Below the pieces are notes generated by a model that was not told where the DNA came from, ran no database searches, and saw nothing but the letters and a program-made list of their open reading frames with translations. Source: Schmidtea polychroa (lineage: Eukaryota). Taken from it: 64,000 nucleotides of DNA. The DNA is taken from NCBI GenBank assembly GCA_044892525.1, contig CM097885.1, positions 214,148,001-214,212,000 of the forward strand, read 5' to 3'. The translations under genes were made by a program, and so were the position numbers. This document shows, one piece after another, positions 35,801 through 42,459 of this stretch (within the stretch, counting starts at the first letter, position 1; each line of letters begins with the position of its first letter).

Positions 35801-38273
35801 TTCTTTCTAGTTTCATTATCTTTTGTATGAAGCGTCGGTATGGTATGATGTCAATGAATTCCTGGTTTCTTACCACCACTGGAAGTATTTCCTTTACTTG
35901 TTTTATCGCTTCTTCTCTTTCTTTTCTCAATTTCATTTCGATATTCTCGTCTTCGCTTTCGCTTGTCACGTCGCTTTCTCTTTCATCTTCATCTGCTCCA
36001 ATCTTTTCTCTTAGTTGGTCGATATTTTCATTTAACTGTAACATTTCTCCACCAAGGCTACTCACATAATCCTCATCGTCATCTGTTGACAACACCTTCT
36101 TTGTTGTCCTCATCATATTAATTCGTAAATTTCTCATTCTTGGTACTTTCTTTAACTTGTTGTTCTCGAGTATCGTTAGTTCCTCTGAGTCTAATTCTCG
36201 TATCATATTATGCTTTAGATGATTAATCTGTTTTTCATTTTCGTTATTTTCTGCTTCTGCTTCTGTTTTTGTTTGCTCATTTTCTCTTTCGATTTTATCT
36301 TTTATCTTTTTCCAAAATATTTTCTGAATTCTCTGATTTCCTTTTAGTGGTGTTGTTGAATTTTCCTTTTTTGCTGCTGTAATTGTTTCTTTCGGTTTCT
36401 CTGGTTCGCTCATAGGTACAACTCTTGGATTTTTACCGTAATTGTAACAATATTGCTCCTTTATCTCCTTTACCATCCTCATCATATTTATTCGTAGTGG
36501 TTGTTCTTGTCGCTGCTGAATTCGCTCTCTTTTTATCCTTTCTTCTTCAGCTTGTAGTCTTTGCCATTCTTGTGCATGTTGTTGCACTTCATAATTGTTA
36601 AGATTCTCGGTGCTTCTCATCATGCGTATATTCTGGGTTGGTTGTGGTACTTGCTCTTGTCTCGGTCTCATCATTTGTTGCATCATCTGCTTCATTTGTG
36701 AAATTTCTTGCATCACATTCATTTGCTTTCCCTCACTAGGATTACTTTGTCGTTGCGGATTTGGTGCATAGTTATTATTTCGCTGTGGTGGTCGTTGCTG
36801 TTGGCTCCTTTCTCGACAGTCTCTTGAGATATGACCTAGTTGCCCGCAGTTAAAACATCCTCTTGATTGGCATATATTTTCCGTGTGTCCTCGTCGTCCA
36901 CACCTATTGCAATTTGCGTTTCGGTAACAATCTCTATCCCAATGTCCTGGTTTACCGCATGTTCGGCATTGTTTGTTATCGTTTATATTTCGTCGATTAT
37001 TAAAGTTGTTCCCATTGTTTGAGTTGTTGCGTTCACTGTTATTCCCGTTTGATCGTCCTTGTGGTGGTTTGAAAATTTGATGCGCACCTGGTATAAACTG
37101 ATTCATCTTTGGTTCATGATTATTGTTATCTCCATTTTCCGTTTTCACCGCTGCTGTTGCGATTCTTCCCTCCTCTTGCATGACGTTCATTTGTGCTGGG
37201 AGGTGTAGTTCGCATCTTGTGGCCCAATCTATGGCTTCTTCTAGTGTTTTACACATTTGACATCCCACCGAGGCCCTTACCTCTTCTCGGCGTAGTCCTT
37301 CTATGAAGTAACCCATTAAATTTTCCTCCGGCAAGTTTCCGTTCATGGCCTTCTTTGCCAATCTTCGCAATTCACTTGCGTATAACGTAATTGACTCGTT
37401 TGCTCTTTGTTTTCTACTTGCCAGTTCACCTAACGCTTGATTTATTGGTTTGCTGGCTCCGAATGTTTTTCTCAAAAATGTTTTGATGTTTTCCCAATTG
37501 TCTAATTTCGTATTTCTTTCTTTTGCTTCCAGATATACTTCGAGTGCGCTATCGCACAAAAACAGAGGCATTCGTTTACTAATTGCTTCGGGTGTCCATC
37601 CACACACATCGATATAGACTTCAAAGTTGGTTATGAACGTTGCCAACTTGTTCGCATTCCCGTTGAATGGTTCGCCTCTAAATTTTTCCTTATACTCGTC
37701 AGTTTTTACCACATTCATCTTAATTGGTTCTTGAAACTCTATTATTTCTTTTAAATTTTCCAGCGATGTAGCTAAGCTATGGACGGATAATTCTTCTGTT
37801 GACCCGGTTAGGTTGTTGGTTATATCGGATAGACTTTCTCTACTTCTAGATCGGCTGGGCGTATGTCCGGCTGTGGGGTTTTCTTGATCGTATATCGGTG
37901 TTTTGTGGGGTCTTTTTGCTCCTTGTGATATTCCTCTCTGCTGCCTAAATGATCGTCCTCTTTTGAGTTGATCTAATTCGTCTCCTGAAAATAATACGTC
38001 TCCTGGCTTACTTGAAGATCTAAGGTTGGGTTTATCCGTGATTTTCCTTTTACTCTTTTCTGTCTTTTCACGTGGATTTTCTACGGTTAGCGTCTGCTGA
38101 ATTGGTCGAGTTCGGTTTTGATATTGTCTTCCTTTGTGCGGGTTCTGAATTGCTTTTCCTGGGTTGTTTGTATATTCTCTGGATTCCTCTTGAGCTGGTT
38201 CTGAATTGACTTGGTTGGATGGATGTCTACAATGAAAATATGATATCGTGTTGCCTTTGCTTACACGAATCAA
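23838..38273 (-). CDS. Single Gag-Ubl-Bcl2-Env-PR-RT-RH-IN-Ank-TM polyprotein (4,811 open codons; first in-frame ATG at 37718)
   Basis: 14.4-kb frame with no stop; recognisable CCHC, DTG, YIDD, TDAS, HHCC, D-D-E, GPY and ankyrin motifs. Confidence 0.97.
   Translation of the reverse strand: [4811 protein letters not shown]
25540..26845 (-). other. Two clusters of ankyrin repeats (within polyprotein)
   Basis: [67 protein letters not shown]. Confidence 0.88.
27130..28420 (-). other. Integrase (HHCC, DDE, GPY/F) (within polyprotein)
   Basis: YHDGRLGGH...CITC; MDVVGPL...TDQGTNF...ERFNGTL; GPYEI. Confidence 0.97.
28480..29720 (-). other. Reverse transcriptase and RNase H (within polyprotein)
   Basis: RPYKL, [76 protein letters not shown]. 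Confidence 0.98.
30190..30555 (-). other. Aspartic protease (within polyprotein)
   Basis: [23 protein letters not shown] ... CIIGTDLM. Confidence 0.95.
31020..32918 (-). other. Env-like glycoprotein (chuvirus G / gB-type class III fusogen): signal peptide, ~550-aa ectodomain, TM (within polyprotein)
   Basis: Hydrophobic [18 protein letters not shown] then FTIYDC; 14 ectodomain Cys; [53 protein letters not shown]. Confidence 0.8.
33040..33440 (-). other. Bcl-2-like domain (within polyprotein)
   Basis: [16 protein letters not shown] resembles BH2 (HLEPWIQENGGWDTFV) with Bcl-2-like helix spacing upstream; BH1 NWGR is not retained. Confidence 0.55.
34050..35725 (-). other. Three ubiquitin-like domains (~35500-35725, ~34945-35205, ~34050-34260; within polyprotein)
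   Basis: Best copy [46 protein letters not shown] aligns by eye to ubiquitin [44 protein letters not shown]. Confidence 0.6.
36815..37718 (-). other. Gag capsid-like domain plus three CCHC zinc knuckles (within polyprotein)
   Basis: [16 protein letters not shown]...Q..[18 protein letters not shown]...FIEGL; [42 protein letters not shown]. Confidence 0.92.
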
Positions 38274-38939
38274 TCATTCCTTTTTGCCACATTCAAGCAC
38301 AGACACCGTTTTAGGGCCTCTGTTATATTTTTCTTCATTTCCCCTCATACACTTCTTCGCAGAATATAATTACCCATCAACCCATATTTTTCGTCGATTT
38401 TAAATTATCTATTTGGGGTAGTAACAATTATCTATATAGTCGTATAAATTATCTATAGTTAGCATTTATAATATCGATAGGTCGTTGTCAGTTACTGCCT
38501 ATTACCTCCCATATTTTCTTAATCCTTTTACGCGGTTCCGCTATTTTACTTAATCTTTCATCTCTGTTTCCCCTTATTTGGTTCTACTCTGTAACCAAAA
38601 CAAAATTCGTTTAACCGGTTTAAACCAAAAAAATTCTGTAGAACTTTGTCTACTTGTCTGGGATCCCTTTTTTAATTAATTAATCACCTTCCTCTTTTAC
38701 TCATCACTTATTCTTTATTTTCATTATCTCTTTAATTCATTTTCCTTTTCCGTTTCTCTTTCCCACTGAAAAAAATTTCATTATTACTTCTCACGAGCTC
38801 GTTTAATCCTTTCTAAATTCAAATACCATATTTCAAACTCACTTTGCTTCTAGCTAGCTTTAATATTCCATCTCACTAGTAATTTAAATGTTATCAACTT
38901 GTAGCTTGAATGCTATCTCACTATTACTTTAGGCCTTTA

Positions 38940-39615
38940 CGACTGGCTGGCACTTTTCAACAGCTCAATCTTCTTCTCCTGACCGGTTGGACTATTCAAC
39001 AACTCGATCTTACGACTGGCTGGCACTATTCAACAGCTCAATCTTCTTCATCTCCGAACTGGCTGGACTTTTCACAGCTCAGTTTTAATTTTTCCTGACC
39101 GGCTGGACTTTTCAACAGCTCGGCCTTAATATCTCCGACTGGCTGGACTTTTCACAGCTCAGTTTTAATTTTTCCTGACCGGCTGGACTTTTCAACAGCT
39201 CGGCCTTAATATCTCCGACTGGCTGGACTTTTCACAGCTCAGTTTTAATTTTTCCTGACCGGCTGGACTTTTCAACAGCTCGGCCTTAATATCTCCGACT
39301 GGCTGGACTTTTCACAGCTCAGTTTTAATTTTTCCTGACCGGCTGGACTTTTCAACAGCTCGGCCTTAATATCTCCGACTGGCTGGACTTTTCACAGCTC
39401 AGTTTTAATTTTTCCTGACCGGCTGGACTTTTCAACAGCTCGGCCTTAATATCTCCGACTGGCTGGACTTTTCACAGCTCAGTTTTAATTTTTCCTGACC
39501 GGCTGGACTTTTCAACAGCTCGGCCTTAATATCTCCGACTGGCTGGACTTTTCACAGCTCAGTTTTAATTTTTCCTGACCGGCTGGACTTTTCAACAGCT
39601 CGGCCTTAATATCTC
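38940..39615. repeat. Tandem array in the element leader: about 7 perfect 80-bp units (two alternating 40-bp subunits, 39061-39615) plus 3 degenerate subunits
   Basis: GGCTGGACTTTTCACAGCTCAGTTTTAATTTTTCCTGACC alternating with GGCTGGACTTTTCAACAGCTCGGCCTTAATATCTCCGACT. Confidence 0.97.
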
Positions 39616-40197
39616 TAAACTCTGCATGCTTCCGTTCCTTTTTGTCTTTATTCTATACTGTCATCTTCCTATTTTTACTTTTATTTGTCGACTTAATCTG
39701 TACCGCTTTGGAAGGTTTCCCCTTTCCCCCCTTGCTTAAAACGCAAAACGATCGCATTGATCCATTTCTGCATTGGTATGGTGATCAGCCATACCGCAGA
39801 AACTTTTCAATATTCGCGATGGTACCTCGCCTTACATCTCTTACTCGGGGTGATCGGTTATCCCCTCCCGAACGGTTTTTCAATTATCGTACCTCCCGAA
39901 GGTGGCTCGGTTTATTCCCCCTTTAATCTTATGTTGGGACTAGCTCCACTTTATGTACTCGATTTAAATTTTAAAATACCCTTTCTTCATGGTGAAAATT
40001 ATGATACAACAGATCAAATTATAGCTTCGCAAAATGAAATAAACACACCAAAATGATTTATTGATTATTCAGTCCATGCTACATATGATATATGATACCC
40101 TTATTAAAATATTAATGAATCAAATCAAAAAAAATTAAAATATTTTAGTTTAATTGTTCAACCATCCAATTTCTCTCACCGAGCGACGATCACGTAC

Positions 40198-40677
40198 CTA
40201 ACTGAAGTAGATTGTGTGCTTCTCTTTTATTACACATGTGCACATAGAACACCGGATTAAACTGGCGGCGCATTCGTCACAATGGCTAAGGTGCCCACAA
40301 GGTAGAATCAGAATTTTGACAGGTCGCATCTTGCAAATGTTACAAGTTCTCAAGGCCGCTGCTTTCTCTACTATTGATGTTCGTATCCGCTGAGACAGAG
40401 TTTTGACTCGTTCGCGTATCCTCACATATTCGATGTTCAGCGCTGGGTCGTCGAGACGTTGCTGAAACCATTGGTAATGAATCGACAAGTCGGTATCGGT
40501 ATTCGTTGATCCTAATCTGTCGGTTAGAAAGTTTTGTTTGGATATCAGCGGTGCGTCGTGGCTTTGTTGTTCTAGCAGTTCTATTTGTTTCAGTTTTTCC
40601 CTTAATGTTTTTATTGAATCATTTTCTATTTCGACGAACCGGCTTAGCTGTTGTAGATGTTGTCTAGCGTCTGACAT
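40198..40677 (-). CDS. 159-aa coiled-coil plus IAP-type C-terminal RING protein (no BIR)
   Basis: CNICKMRPVKILILPCGHLSHCDECAASLIRCSMCTCVIKEKHTIYFS*; RING at the extreme C-terminus ending in an aromatic tail as in IAPs. Confidence 0.88.
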   Translation of the reverse strand: MSDARQHLQQLSRFVEIENDSIKTLREKLKQIELLEQQSHDAPLISKQNFLTDRLGSTNTDTDLSIHYQWFQQRLDDPALNIEYVRIRERVKTLSQRIRTSIVEKAAALRTCNICKMRPVKILILPCGHLSHCDECAASLIRCSMCTCVIKEKHTIYFS

Positions 40678-41129
40678 ATCTAAATGAATGTGTTGTTATT
40701 ATTTGTTCTTACTAGTATTAGCAATAATATTATTACGTTGTATTTAATATTCGTTTCTCTTTTATTTGTTATTGTTTCTAGCTTTCGTATTTTATTTAGT
40801 CTTTTTAACAATCCCCGTCGTATTTTTGACTTTAATCTTTTAATTTTATTGTCATTACTTTCTTTTGTCTCCCCTTTTTAATTTAATAAATTAAAATTAA
40901 ACAAAGTAACTAATTCCCGTTTCCTTCTCTCATCATACTCTATCATATACATTCATACTCATTTAGGTTCATCTTTATTCATACATGCTCTATTTTCAGT
41001 TCGTATCATCATTCTATTGTATTACGATATCGATTCGTTTCAGTCCCGATTCCATTTTTAATCATAATTAATTAAATTGTTAATCTAACACATCATAACA
41101 CAATAATAGGTAATCAACAAATCGAATTC

Positions 41130-41147
41130 ATCCCGGCTGAGCCCCCA
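41130..41147 (-). promoter_or_regulatory. Primer-binding site, tRNA-Pro type, 7 nt inside the 5' LTR end
   Basis: Minus strand TGGGGGCTCAGCCGGGAT; 16/18 identical to the MLV tRNA-Pro PBS TGGGGGCTCGTCCGGGAT. Confidence 0.88.
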
Positions 41148-41694
41148 AAAATCGTGTTGGCGTATGTGGGGGAAAAAAAAATATATAGGCATGATTATCA
41201 TACACATCGGGTGTCATTATTCTACTCAGATCATTCCCTCACGCACTCCAAATGATCATTCGCATATTCCCACATATGAGCCCGTGGTGATGTTCCACGT
41301 TGGTACTGCTCACACGGGTTGGGAAGAGTTAGCAGGTGAGCCCCTGCCTTAGGACTACTCCTAACCCTTTCTCGGTTCGGGTTCTACGGTGCCATAGAAG
41401 GTCTTACCCATTCTTTACGCATCATTCGGTCCGACCCTGGTCCAAAGGGTACGACATTTAAGTTTCTACTATATTTTCGTGATCCTTCTCTCATGCAATT
41501 CAACCGTAGCAAGTCATACATACAATTTACACAATCAAAGAAAAATCGAACAGTTATATTAGAACGGAACATCAAACTACATTCAATATTGTTTAAATAA
41601 ATACAAAAAAACATTAAAGATTAGTCACGAGATAACGTCGCTTCTTCGAGTTCGTTAGTAATAGCAGGGGAATCGAGACCCGAGAGAGAATTGG

Positions 41695-42459
41695 CTACGA
41701 GAATGCTTCTCCTTCTGCGAGCATCTCGTCGATGTCAACGGGCAACCGGCGGTCTTCGAGGAATTTAATACTGCCGGCCGGAACTACCCGGAATACTTCC
41801 TTTGTAGGAATGGAATGGGTAACTGTAATTTCCTTGATAGTTGCTTTGGCCACAGATAACGATGCTTCGAGCGCGGCCATGGCATTTCTACGCTTCTGAT
41901 TTTTTTCAGAACGCGTCAGCCGCTTACGCTTTCGATGGGGAAATGTAGCTTCTGCTGGGGACTGAAGGAGGTGTGGCACGAGTACTGGAGCCAAGATAGG
42001 GTCCGATGAACCGCCAGCCATAGGTCGATGGCCCGAAAGAACTGGGGCGGGAATTGGCGGCATTTGTGGGCCATGCCCTTTACAACTGGATGTTGATGAG
42101 GTTTCAGCTAATTTGTGGTGCATTGGGAACACGTTAGTCCCATCTTGTATCGGGTACTCGCGAACTCGCTTCGCTAGTTCTGATTCGGAATACACCTTGT
42201 GCAGTGCCTCTGATTGGGCCTTTATGGTTAGCCTCTGGCACCTGCTTTCTTCCAGGAGACTGTCACGGCAGTGCTCCAAACGCAGAATCTTGCTCTTCTC
42301 CTCCTTCATTTGTGGTGGGGAGAACCACGTTCCCTCATAGAGGTCAATTCTCTTCTTCAATTCCCCGATGTACAAGTGGAGCTGTGCGATATCGGCATTT
42401 TTATCAGCACAGGAGAAGCAAGGTCTGAGGGTTTTCCCGGAACTGGTTGAGGTATTCAT
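41695..42459 (-). CDS. LTR-encoded 254-aa protein, 5' LTR copy
   Basis: Same protein as 15133..15897; one synonymous substitution noticed (15196 A vs 41758 G). Confidence 0.75.
   Translation of the reverse strand: MNTSTSSGKTLRPCFSCADKNADIAQLHLYIGELKKRIDLYEGTWFSPPQMKEEKSKILRLEHCRDSLLEESRCQRLTIKAQSEALHKVYSESELAKRVREYPIQDGTNVFPMHHKLAETSSTSSCKGHGPQMPPIPAPVLSGHRPMAGGSSDPILAPVLVPHLLQSPAEATFPHRKRKRLTRSEKNQKRRNAMAALEASLSVAKATIKEITVTHSIPTKEVFRVVPAGSIKFLEDRRLPVDIDEMLAEGEAFS

Noticed and set aside
19306-36069. Many plus-strand and alternate-frame ORFs overlapping the element's genes (e.g. 19539..20069, 24092..24520, 29038..29550)
   Set aside because: F/L/S-rich shadows of the A-rich coding strand, mostly with non-ATG starts and no motifs
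23838-38273. Endogenised giant RNA virus (nidovirus or chuvirus) as source of the long ORF
   Set aside because: No RdRp or helicase motifs; RT, IN, LTRs, PBS and TSD show a retroelement, with only the glycoprotein of RNA-virus type
38940-39615. Repeat-linker array resembling CRISPR
   Set aside because: Linkers alternate between two fixed sequences rather than being unique spacers; context is eukaryotic and there are no cas genes
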